From Chthoniobacteraceae bacterium (GTDB lineage: Bacteria > Verrucomicrobiota > Verrucomicrobiia > Chthoniobacterales > Chthoniobacteraceae), in contig JBBCKI010000044.1 of the NCBI GenBank assembly GCA_037190965.1, positions 1 through 24,567 of the forward strand: DNA of 24,567 nt, in the 5' to 3' direction. The notes below the pieces were generated by a model. It saw only the letters and a list, made by a program, of their open reading frames with translations, ran no database searches and was not told the origin of the DNA. Every line of letters begins with the position of its first letter. Position 1 is the first letter of the stretch. The translations under genes and the position numbers were made by a program. Of this stretch, positions 1 to 8,087 are shown in pieces.

Positions 1-498
1 CAATATAAAGTATTTCTCCTTGCGGTCTGTGCGGGTTTGCGTCGGGGGGAGATTGACCTGCTTGAATGGGATGCGTTCGACTTTGAAAAGCATGAGGCCC
101 GGATTACCTCCACCGAGTTTCTGAAGACAGAAGAAAGCCGGGCGTCAGTTGAGATTGATCCAGAAGTTGCGGCAATCTTCTCGAAGCTGGCGAGCGAGGC
201 CTCCGGGGGCTTTGTGATCGAGTCCAGCGGGGAAATCATTCGAAATTCGAATTGGTCACACTACCGATGCGCAAAGGTGTTCGACGGCCTTCTTGCCTGG
301 CTCCGTGACAAAGGTGTTCGCGCCCAGAAGCCACTCCATGAACTCCGAAAAGAGCTTGGCGCAGCGATCATCGATGAACACGGAATCTATGCTGCTTCCC
401 GTATGCTTCGTCATGCTGATATCGGGATAACGACGAAGCACTATGCCGATAAGAAAAGCCGTGCGTCCGTTGGATTCGGTAAGCTGATCGCTTCGTAG
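1..498 (+). CDS. Tyrosine recombinase/phage-type integrase, C-terminal catalytic part (5'-truncated by window)
   Basis: Frame is open from base 1 (QYKVFLLAVCAGLRRGEI). Catalytic motifs: GLRRGE (Arg I), HELRK (HxxR), LRHAD and TTKHY (Tyr nucleophile). Confidence 0.92.
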   Translation, partial: QYKVFLLAVCAGLRRGEIDLLEWDAFDFEKHEARITSTEFLKTEESRASVEIDPEVAAIFSKLASEASGGFVIESSGEIIRNSNWSHYRCAKVFDGLLAWLRDKGVRAQKPLHELRKELGAAIIDEHGIYAASRMLRHADIGITTKHYADKKSRASVGFGKLIAS

Positions 499-509
499 TC
501 CCCATTTCG

Positions 510-527
510 AAACCTGCAAAACCTGCA
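510..527 (+). repeat. Tandem 9-bp direct repeat AAACCTGCA x2 just downstream of the integrase; possible arm-type site
   Basis: AAACCTGCA at 510-518 and 519-527, starting 11 bp after the integrase stop. Function is inferred. Confidence 0.4.
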
Positions 528-761
528 TAACCCGCCGCCATCTATGTTCTTTTGCGGGATCCCCCTTCATTCTCCTTTCGACTTACGTCTGTCTGGTTAT
601 TGGGGGAAAGGTTCCGAAATGTTTGGCAATGTTTCGTTCAGAGGCCATTTCCAGCGGTATGGCGCGACATTGCGGCCTTTATGGATGAGTCCATGCGTGC
701 CGTAAACGCTGTATGAGGTCGGATCTAGCCGGCCAGCGATAAAAGAGGTGGTTTTCGCCGA

Positions 762-797
762 AACCGTGCGGAGGTGATGATTGCCTAACGCACGGTT
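762..797 (-). terminator. Stem-loop downstream of the FAD oxidoreductase; possible terminator
   Basis: AACCGTGCG (762-770) pairs with CGCACGGTT (789-797), with extra AGG/CCT pairing inside. It lies 18 bp past the stop at 816 and has no clean U-tract. Confidence 0.4.
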
Positions 798-815
798 CCG
801 TTTGCCATGAAACGC

Positions 816-2672
816 TTAGCGAGCTGGAATGCGGATTCTTACTACGCGGGCGTGGTCGATCCCCCATGCGGCTGTTACCGTAAGCCGGAGGGCTTTTGCC
901 TTTAGCGGCTGCGCGGGTTGGTGGATCGCCCGCCGCTGCCAGTTTTCGCCAACCTCAGCGATGGATTTCCACTCTCCGTTCTCCGTTTCAGCTTCGATGG
1001 TGTAGGAGCGAACCAGCTCCGGTTGACCGGTACCCCAGCAGAGCGTGCGATGGTAGGCATCGGAGTGGCTTAAGGTCAGGCGGCGATGCAGCCCGCTGTC
1101 GAAAACGACCTCCACTACGTCGAGCGGAATCGCTTGATCCCAACGCAGCTCGATCCAGGCTGGTGTTCCCGGTTGGCTGATCCAGCGATGGCTGCCGGGG
1201 AGAGTGCGCTCTGTGGGGATGTCGCAGCAGCGGTACATCGCCCGGTTTTGGCCTGAGATCACGTTGGCCGCTGCGCCCTTCGCGGTTTCGCTGGAGGCAG
1301 AAATACGGGCTGTCAGGGCGTGGTCCTTTGCGGGCTCCTCTTGAATACCAATGAGGAAGCCGTCCTGCCGAAGAATCTCCTGCCGAATCGCTTGAATCAC
1401 CCCGGCGTGTTCGGTGATCGCAGCCGGAGTGATTCCGTTTCGGATGGCGTGGGCCGCTGCAATCCCGACGGCTTCACCTACGGTTGAGCAGGTGGCCATA
1501 ATGCGGGTTGAGGCAAAAGCCACGTGAGTTGCCGAAAGATTTCGCCCTGCAAACATCAGGTTCTCAATGTTTTTGGAAATCGCGGCCCGTAGCGGAATGT
1601 CATAGAGCTGAGGTACCGGGATCTGAACGCAGGGCGATTCCTCCGGGCGATCCACGCCTTCCGGCGGATGCAGGTCGATCGCCCAACCGCCGTAAGCAAT
1701 GGCGTCCGATTTTGGCTGTGGCTTCAGGATGTCGTGTTCCGTAAGCAGATACTGCCCGACGAAGCGTCGGCTCTCCCGTTTTCCAGGTACCGCGCCAAAC
1801 CAATCGAGCGCCCAGCACTCAGCGCCGTGATCGCTATCATTTTTAATGTGATCCCACACCCCCATCACGATCGCGAGGAGTTCATGGCGGATCGCGGCGT
1901 TGTCCTTGATTGTATCGAGGTGTCCGCCCCACTCCACCCACCAGAGGCCATACTCCAGCCCGTAGTCGCCCTTATCGGGGGATGCATGGGGGCGCAGGCG
2001 TAGATCCTCCTCCGAGAACTTGCGAGCCCAGGCCGGCGGGATAAAACGCACCGGGCGGTCGTGTTTCCGGCCCATCAGCAGGAGCGTGGAGCCGAGCGTC
2101 TTCGAGTCGCCGGTTTCCTGTCCGTATTGTTCTCCATGCAAGGCCTTGCTGTCTCTCCCGCGCATATAGGCCGCTCCGGCGGCGATTCCCAGCCCGCCAT
2201 CGCCCGTGCAGTCGATGTACACATTGGCGCGAATCGTGTAGCGATCTTCCGTGGCGGCGCAATGGGCTTCGGCCTCCGTGATGCGCGAGCCTTCCGTGCG
2301 TGCGCCTATCACGCGCGTATCGAGGTGGAGGGCGAGATTCGGCTCCGCAACGCATTTCTCGTACAGGATCTGGTCGAACATCGAAGGCGAGCGTTGCGGA
2401 TTGCGGTAGGCATTCTCCAGGCGAATCTCTTCAATGATCCCGGTTTCGCGGGGTTCAAACTCCAAATCCACTCCCGCGCGTCCCGTGTCGGCTCCAAGGA
2501 TGTGCATGCGGATCTCGCTGCTTGCGTTCCCTCCCAGCATCGGGCGGTCGTGCATCAGGATCACCTTTGCACCTTGCCGGGCGGAAGCGATGGCGCAGGA
2601 GACACCGGCTGGTCCGCCCCCTGCCACTAGAATGTCGGTTGTCAGGCAATGGGATTGGAAAGGGATATTCAT
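816..2672 (-). CDS. FAD-dependent oxidoreductase (FAD_oxidored/PF12831-like) with C-terminal F5/8-like beta-sandwich
   Basis: DILVAGGGPAG Rossmann motif, LGGNASSE, IDCTGDG, GKRESRRFVG, NLMFAGRNLS, STRIMAT. C-terminal ASS...W...WIEL...RALRL pattern is discoidin-like. No signal peptide. Confidence 0.88.
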   Translation of the reverse strand: MNIPFQSHCLTTDILVAGGGPAGVSCAIASARQGAKVILMHDRPMLGGNASSEIRMHILGADTGRAGVDLEFEPRETGIIEEIRLENAYRNPQRSPSMFDQILYEKCVAEPNLALHLDTRVIGARTEGSRITEAEAHCAATEDRYTIRANVYIDCTGDGGLGIAAGAAYMRGRDSKALHGEQYGQETGDSKTLGSTLLLMGRKHDRPVRFIPPAWARKFSEEDLRLRPHASPDKGDYGLEYGLWWVEWGGHLDTIKDNAAIRHELLAIVMGVWDHIKNDSDHGAECWALDWFGAVPGKRESRRFVGQYLLTEHDILKPQPKSDAIAYGGWAIDLHPPEGVDRPEESPCVQIPVPQLYDIPLRAAISKNIENLMFAGRNLSATHVAFASTRIMATCSTVGEAVGIAAAHAIRNGITPAAITEHAGVIQAIRQEILRQDGFLIGIQEEPAKDHALTARISASSETAKGAAANVISGQNRAMYRCCDIPTERTLPGSHRWISQPGTPAWIELRWDQAIPLDVVEVVFDSGLHRRLTLSHSDAYHRTLCWGTGQPELVRSYTIEAETENGEWKSIAEVGENWQRRAIHQPAQPLKAKALRLTVTAAWGIDHARVVRIRIPAR

Positions 2673-2689
2673 CAGTGAAAGTAGTTAAT

Positions 2690-2704
2690 TTTCAATTAAT
2701 GAAA
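2690..2704. promoter_or_regulatory. Palindromic operator candidate TTTCA-ATTAA-TGAAA
   Basis: Perfect 5-bp inverted arms with a 5-bp spacer, just upstream of the 2672 start. Same motif recurs at 2841, 16721 and 16853. Confidence 0.65.
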
Positions 2705-2839
2705 TATACGAATTCGGTTTGCAAGCCTCGTTGTTCATTCAATCATTGCGATGCGGGCTTTCTGATAATGGTGAAAGTCTATTTTTACGGGTTCTATAGA
2801 AGGAGCGGGCGTGCACAAGAAGATGAGCGGAAGAAAATG

Positions 2840-2856
2840 ATTGCATTTATTGCAAT
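2840..2856. promoter_or_regulatory. Palindromic operator candidate ATTGCA-TTTAT-TGCAAT upstream of IclR
   Basis: Perfect 6-bp inverted arms. Shares the exact 12-mer TTGCATTTATTG with the minus strand of 16724-16735. Confidence 0.65.
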
Positions 2857-2889
2857 TTAGGTATTTTTTGTTCCCTGCAAACGTGAAAT

Positions 2890-3708
2890 ATGAAAACCGC
2901 CTCCTCCCAACGCAAGTCTGCCTCCGCACCTTCCAAAAGCCTCGCTGACGGGATTCAATGCCTGCTCTGGATCCTCAGCCAGCAGGGACCGGTGGCGCTG
3001 AAAGACATGGCCGTTGGGCTGGGGTTTGAGCAGACCCGGACATTCCGGCTGGTTCGCACGCTGGTGCAGGAGGGATTGCTGCGGCAAACGCGGGGCCGCA
3101 AGTACGAGGCAGGGCCGGCCGTCTATTCCCTGACGGCGCAAACGCTGCATAATTCCCATCTAATTGAAGCGGCGTTGCCTCCGCTGGAGTCCCTGCGCCG
3201 TCGGCTGCCTTATCGCGTGGCGCTAGGAACTCTCTGGAATCGAAAGGTTTCCTACCTCTATCACGCCGAGAAGAAAACGCCGATGGAGAAAGCCATTGGC
3301 GGAGCCGCTCAATGGGAGGCGACAAACTCCGGCGTTGGGCTGGCGATCATGGCCTGCATGAGCGATGACGAAGTGCGCGCGATGTACCGCGACCGGGAGA
3401 TCGAAGGGTTTCCCAGCGGGATTGAGGCCCTGATCGCGCGCCTGGGTGAAATCCGCCAGCAAGGCTATGCCTACACGCCGATTGGGGGAATGGGGCCGGA
3501 CTACGCTAACTATACGTTGGCCATGACACTGCCTTCCAACAACACCATTGCGATCGCGCTGACCGGCAGGATCAATCCCGATGAAGTTCCCTCACTGGTC
3601 ATCCACCTTCAGGTTGCTCTTGATCATATCGAGCACCACCTGGGTGAGGGGGTTGAAGCAGGCGGGCTTACCGTGATGCGCAAGATACAGACTCAATCCG
3701 GCAGCTAG
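2890..3708 (+). CDS. IclR family transcriptional regulator
   Basis: N-terminal wHTH (SLADGIQCL...TFRLVRTLVQEGLL...YEAGP) and effector domain (NSGVGLAIMA, EIRQQGYA); 272 aa; divergent from the oxidoreductase. Confidence 0.9.
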   Translation: MKTASSQRKSASAPSKSLADGIQCLLWILSQQGPVALKDMAVGLGFEQTRTFRLVRTLVQEGLLRQTRGRKYEAGPAVYSLTAQTLHNSHLIEAALPPLESLRRRLPYRVALGTLWNRKVSYLYHAEKKTPMEKAIGGAAQWEATNSGVGLAIMACMSDDEVRAMYRDREIEGFPSGIEALIARLGEIRQQGYAYTPIGGMGPDYANYTLAMTLPSNNTIAIALTGRINPDEVPSLVIHLQVALDHIEHHLGEGVEAGGLTVMRKIQTQSGS

Positions 3709-3789
3709 GATTTACCGCCTTAGCCGGAGGTTGATAATGTCTTTAACGCGTGCAGTTTATACAGCGCGTGCTCTCCATTTCTTTGTTCC

Positions 3790-6375
3790 ATGAAGATTTC
3801 GTTTCTACCGTTTTTTGTCGGCTTAGCGGCCCTCATTCCGCAGGGATCGCTACTTGCGGAGGACGGGAACCTTGCGCAGGGCAAGTCGTACCGGGTGACG
3901 CCTCCTGCGGGGATTCAGCGCGGTTCCGAGCCGGGCATCCTGACGGACGGCGGCTATAGTGGAGATCCGATCTGGGAGCAGGAGAAGACAGCCGTTCGAT
4001 TTCATGCCGCCCAACCGGTAAGCGTGACCGTGGACCTCAAAAAGCGGCAGCCAATCTCCGGGGTTTCAATCAGTACCGCCGCGGGTGAGGCGATCAGCGG
4101 CAAGGATATCTTCGTCTGGCCGGGCCGGATTGATGTCTACGTGAGCGATGACAATCGCAGCTACTTCCCGGTGGGGGAGTTGACCTCGCTGCACGATCGG
4201 GAGAATGAGCCGCTGCCTCCCTTCGGGGCCTATGCCCGGCGGAAAATCTCAACGCGCAACCTGCAAACCCATGGGCGCTTCGTGAAGTTCCTCATCAGCT
4301 ACTCCCGCCCGATTTACATCGACGAGATCGAAGTCCACCGGGGTAGTGATGACTTTTTGAAAAAGATCCGCCCGGCACCGGCTTTCGCGAACGACGAGGA
4401 GATGCTGGAGGCAATTCAGCCGACAGCCATCAATCCAAACCCGAATGCTGAAAATCCTGAGAAGGAAGCTAAGGAGGCGGCAAAGCTGACGGAACTTCAT
4501 CGCTTTGTGATTCAACGTCGCTACCGGCAAGATCTTGCCGAGCTGAAACAGCGGGCCAAACTGCTGGCAGAAGGGCCAAGAGAAGCGATCACGAAACGCC
4601 TGGAGGCGCTTGGCGTCAAGGTCGAGTCCGAGCCGATTATTTCCGAAGCCGTCAACACGCTTCCCTTTGGATCATTGGGGCAAGAGATTTTGGCTGAAGC
4701 AGCGGCGATCTGGCGCGCGCAGGGGCGCGAGGGGTTGATTGTTTGGCAATCGCCGCTTTGGGATCATCTGCCGTGGATGCAGAATCCGGGAAAAGGGGAG
4801 GTGGCCTTGGAGACGGCGCTGCTGCGCGGAGAGTCCCGCTCGCTATCGTTTAACCTCAGCAATGCGGGCGAGAAAGCGGCCACGGTCACGCTGCGCGCCG
4901 AGGGGATCGCGCCGGAGAATCTGGAAGTTCATTTCGTGGAATGGACCGAGACGGCATGGCGACTCCCGGTTGCCTCCGCGCTTCCTGTTGCCAAGGGGAG
5001 GGAGGGAGCCTACGAGGTGACCCTGCCGCCCGGGATGACCCGGCAGGTGTGGCTCTCCGTAAAGGGGCCCCAGGCCGATGTTGCGGGACGGATCGAACTC
5101 GCAGAGGCTGGGAAGCCAACGCGGGAAGTGCCGCTGCGCGTCAAGGTTTATCCGTTCGATTTCCCGGAGCAACCCGCGTTGCATACCGGCGGCTTTGAGT
5201 GTGCCTCAGACTCCCGGCTGCGTCGCCGCTTTGGGGTCTTCCGCGAGAACCTGCCCGCTTTTGCAGAGTTGCTCCGGAGCAAGGCGACGGATGCCCCTTG
5301 GGCCACTCGCAATGAATTCGGATTTGGGAAATTCAACGAGAAGCACGAGTACGCCAGCCCGGAGGATCGGCCTGATGCCACTTCTTTCCAAGAGTGGGCG
5401 ACGGAGCTATGGCCCAATGCTTATCGGTACCATATTGCGCTTACCGTTAAGGATAAGAGCCGCAACGCCGTCATTGCCGGGTGTGACGCCACGGTTGATC
5501 CGGAGGGCTTCCAGAAGCGGGTAAACCGGTGGCTTGCTTTCTGGAAAGAGGAGGTCGCCCGCCATAATATCAAGCCTTCGCAGGTCTACCTGAAGCTGAT
5601 CGACGAGCCCGGCTACAACGCCGCCGCCCCCTTCATTGACGATGAGGCCATCCGCGTCTGGGCCGAAGCGATTCGGAAAAGCGGGAGTGGCTTTAAGGTC
5701 TTCATCAACCCGATTTACGACGAGCCCTGGAAAGCAAGCCGCGCCATGCTGGAGGCGGGCGATGTGATCTGCCTGAAGTATAGCCATCTCCTGCGATTTG
5801 GAGAGCGCTATCTCGAATTCTACCGCGGGCTTGGCAAGGAAATCTCCATCTACGAATGTTACGGAGCGCCCGGGCATCTCTACGATCCCTACACCTATTA
5901 CCGCTTGCAGGCGTGGCAGGCTTGGGCGCTTGGTGCCAGGACGCAGTTCTTCTGGAACTATGCGGAGACGGCGCCTGCCAACGGCTTCCCGGACTCGTGG
6001 AATACGGGCTTGAACCAGTGGACCTACACGCCGCTTTTCCTGACACCGACCTCCACCGTTTCCAGCAAGCAGATGGAAGCGATCCGCGAAGGCGTCAATG
6101 ACTTCCAGTACCTGCACCTGCTCAAGACGGCGCTCGAAACCGCCGAAAAGCAAGGCGTTCCCGCCGCAGAGTTGGCCGCCGCCCGGAAGCTCCTGGAGAG
6201 CGCCCCCGGAGCAATTTTAGGAAGCGGGGTACTTGATGAACCTCGCTGGGCATGGACCCGCCAGATCGACCGCACGGGGGCCGACGCAATCCGTCGTCAG
6301 CTCCTGGATGCTCTTGAACAAGTCGGGAAGCTTACCTCCCCCGCCAAACTTAAAACCCTCAGCCCTAAAGCCTAA
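3790..6375 (+). CDS. Secreted putative glycoside hydrolase: signal peptide, F5/8 (discoidin) domain, GH123/DUF4091-like catalytic region
   Basis: Sec signal (MKISFLPFFVGLAALIPQGSLLA); NLAQGKSY...LTDG...VTVDL...GRFVKF...IDEIEV discoidin pattern; LIDEP acidic pair; SSKQMEAIREGVNDFQYL resembles DUF4091. Confidence 0.7.
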   Translation: MKISFLPFFVGLAALIPQGSLLAEDGNLAQGKSYRVTPPAGIQRGSEPGILTDGGYSGDPIWEQEKTAVRFHAAQPVSVTVDLKKRQPISGVSISTAAGEAISGKDIFVWPGRIDVYVSDDNRSYFPVGELTSLHDRENEPLPPFGAYARRKISTRNLQTHGRFVKFLISYSRPIYIDEIEVHRGSDDFLKKIRPAPAFANDEEMLEAIQPTAINPNPNAENPEKEAKEAAKLTELHRFVIQRRYRQDLAELKQRAKLLAEGPREAITKRLEALGVKVESEPIISEAVNTLPFGSLGQEILAEAAAIWRAQGREGLIVWQSPLWDHLPWMQNPGKGEVALETALLRGESRSLSFNLSNAGEKAATVTLRAEGIAPENLEVHFVEWTETAWRLPVASALPVAKGREGAYEVTLPPGMTRQVWLSVKGPQADVAGRIELAEAGKPTREVPLRVKVYPFDFPEQPALHTGGFECASDSRLRRRFGVFRENLPAFAELLRSKATDAPWATRNEFGFGKFNEKHEYASPEDRPDATSFQEWATELWPNAYRYHIALTVKDKSRNAVIAGCDATVDPEGFQKRVNRWLAFWKEEVARHNIKPSQVYLKLIDEPGYNAAAPFIDDEAIRVWAEAIRKSGSGFKVFINPIYDEPWKASRAMLEAGDVICLKYSHLLRFGERYLEFYRGLGKEISIYECYGAPGHLYDPYTYYRLQAWQAWALGARTQFFWNYAETAPANGFPDSWNTGLNQWTYTPLFLTPTSTVSSKQMEAIREGVNDFQYLHLLKTALETAEKQGVPAAELAAARKLLESAPGAILGSGVLDEPRWAWTRQIDRTGADAIRRQLLDALEQVGKLTSPAKLKTLSPKA

Positions 6376-6383
6376 ATAACCCC

Positions 6384-7229
6384 ATGAAACTCATTACCTC
6401 CTCCGCCCTGGTCGCATCGCTTCTGGCCCTTTCGGGTGCCGTTGCTCATGCGGGTGTCCTCTACAGCGAAAACTTCGATTCCCGCACGATCGGTAGCCTC
6501 CCTTCCCCGTGGAGCGCGGGCTCGGGCGGCTGGGGAGTCAGCAATGCCGCCTCGTCAAGCTCGTCTAATTCTTTCAGGGGGGGGGATGCCAGTGGCTCGT
6601 CTTTCTACAATGCCACCCTTGCTTTCACCGGCATGACCGGGATTGCCAATGCGGGCACGATCGGGGTCAACTTCGACCTCCGGATCGATAATTACAGTAT
6701 GACCGCAGGGGCCAACAATGGCTTCCGCGTGACTTACCGTCCGACTTCAACGAGCGCCCAGTACGCCATCGGGCTGGGGTTCGCCAATGTGGGCGGGAGC
6801 AATCACCTCTTCTTTTATGCCGGTAATGGGGCTGCCCCGACCCCAGGTGTTTCCAACGCCATCGGCTACTCTGCCGGCACGGGTTTTGCGAGCGGGTTTG
6901 ATCTTGGAACAAGCGTCTCTGCGGGAACGGGCGGGAACTTCTTCAACTTCGCCTTTACCTTCGACAGCGTTAGCAAGGAAGTCGCGATCATCGTCACCAA
7001 CTTGGCCAATCCTTCGCAGACTTTTACCTTCCACGATACCTGGAATTTGGGAGTCGCGTCGGATGCCACCGGGAACCTGACTTTGGGTACCGGTAGCGCA
7101 TCTCAGGGAACCATGTATGTTGACAACATCGCGATTGCAGCCGTCCCTGAAGGTCAGCATCTGACCCTGGTGGGAGGCGCAGTGCTGGCTGCTTTCGCCA
7201 TGATGCGCCGTAGAACGGCCAAAGCCTGA
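6384..7229 (+). CDS. PEP-CTERM sorting-domain surface protein (variant VPEG)
   Basis: Signal peptide ending AHA; S/G/T/N-rich body; C-terminus YVDNIAIAAVPEG, hydrophobic helix, then RRR. Confidence 0.88.
   Translation: MKLITSSALVASLLALSGAVAHAGVLYSENFDSRTIGSLPSPWSAGSGGWGVSNAASSSSSNSFRGGDASGSSFYNATLAFTGMTGIANAGTIGVNFDLRIDNYSMTAGANNGFRVTYRPTSTSAQYAIGLGFANVGGSNHLFFYAGNGAAPTPGVSNAIGYSAGTGFASGFDLGTSVSAGTGGNFFNFAFTFDSVSKEVAIIVTNLANPSQTFTFHDTWNLGVASDATGNLTLGTGSASQGTMYVDNIAIAAVPEGQHLTLVGGAVLAAFAMMRRRTAKA
6577..6585 (+). repeat. G9 homopolymer inside the PEP-CTERM gene
   Basis: TTCAGGGGGGGGGATGCC, currently in frame (R-G-G-D). Confidence 0.8.
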
Positions 7230-7263
7230 CTGGCCCTTTCTGCCCTTTAACGCTTCACTCATC

Positions 7264-8085
7264 ATGCCTTCCAATCCCCCAGCCAGACTTGAGCCGAGCG
7301 GACAGCGCAGGGGCGGGTTTACCTTGGTTGAGATCCTGGTGTCCATGGCGATCTTTACCGTCATGGCGGGGATGCTGTTGAGTCTCTCCAGCCAGGCCAG
7401 CACGCTATGGAGCCGCAATCATCAGCAGAGTCAGTTAAGGGAGAAGGCACGGACCGCTCTCGATTTCATCGGGAGTGAGATGAAGCAAGCCGTTCTGCCG
7501 CTGGATCGCACCAGCCAGAACGGCCCGCAATTCGTGGTGAACCCCGCCGGAGTTTCCGCCACGTATCGGCTCAAGGACGCGGTCTTCTGGCAGGCTCCGA
7601 TTGCCACCAGCCAGACCCAGGGGAACCTGGCAATCGTTGGCTACTTCATTCGCCGCGATGGCGGCCGTTACCAGCTCTGCCGGTACTTCATCAACCCGGA
7701 CGAAGGGAACTACCGGCTACGGAGCGCCCCGACTGACTGGGTCGATGATGACCTGCTCAACAGCGTGGCCCCGGCGAACGAGGCCTCGGATTACAAAGGG
7801 TTGTTCCTGGAGAATGTCGTGGGGCTTTGGGTGGAGTGTTTCGACGAATCGGGGAATGTCATTGTGCCGGATTCGCGGGTGGACAAGCGTCTCCCCGCGC
7901 GGGTCAAGGTCAGCCTGGCCGTCTTGGATGAACGCGGAGCCACGCGGGTGGCGGGTGGGGAGGTTCTTCCAAGCGTTGGAGCGAGCGCCAATGCCGGGGA
8001 GTTCCTCGACCAGGTGAGCGGGTCGCTACGCTCCCTGATCGACGCCGTGCACATCAACATAACTTTCGACAACCGCCCTCACTGA
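7264..8085 (+). CDS. Prepilin-type protein, Verru_Chthon cassette protein C-like (PilW/GspJ-like)
   Basis: RRGG|FTLVEILVSMAI class III signal; 'LREKARTALDFIGSEMKQA', 'VGYFI', 'LPARVKVSLAVLD' match the protein C pattern as recalled. Confidence 0.8.
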   Translation: MPSNPPARLEPSGQRRGGFTLVEILVSMAIFTVMAGMLLSLSSQASTLWSRNHQQSQLREKARTALDFIGSEMKQAVLPLDRTSQNGPQFVVNPAGVSATYRLKDAVFWQAPIATSQTQGNLAIVGYFIRRDGGRYQLCRYFINPDEGNYRLRSAPTDWVDDDLLNSVAPANEASDYKGLFLENVVGLWVECFDESGNVIVPDSRVDKRLPARVKVSLAVLDERGATRVAGGEVLPSVGASANAGEFLDQVSGSLRSLIDAVHINITFDNRPH

Positions 8086-8087
8086 TC

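Noticed and set aside
783..789. GCCTAAC/GTTAGGC integron core-like site near the integrase
   Set aside because: No partner R box or L boxes, and the integrase lacks the IntI-specific insertion. The bases are explained by the local hairpin.
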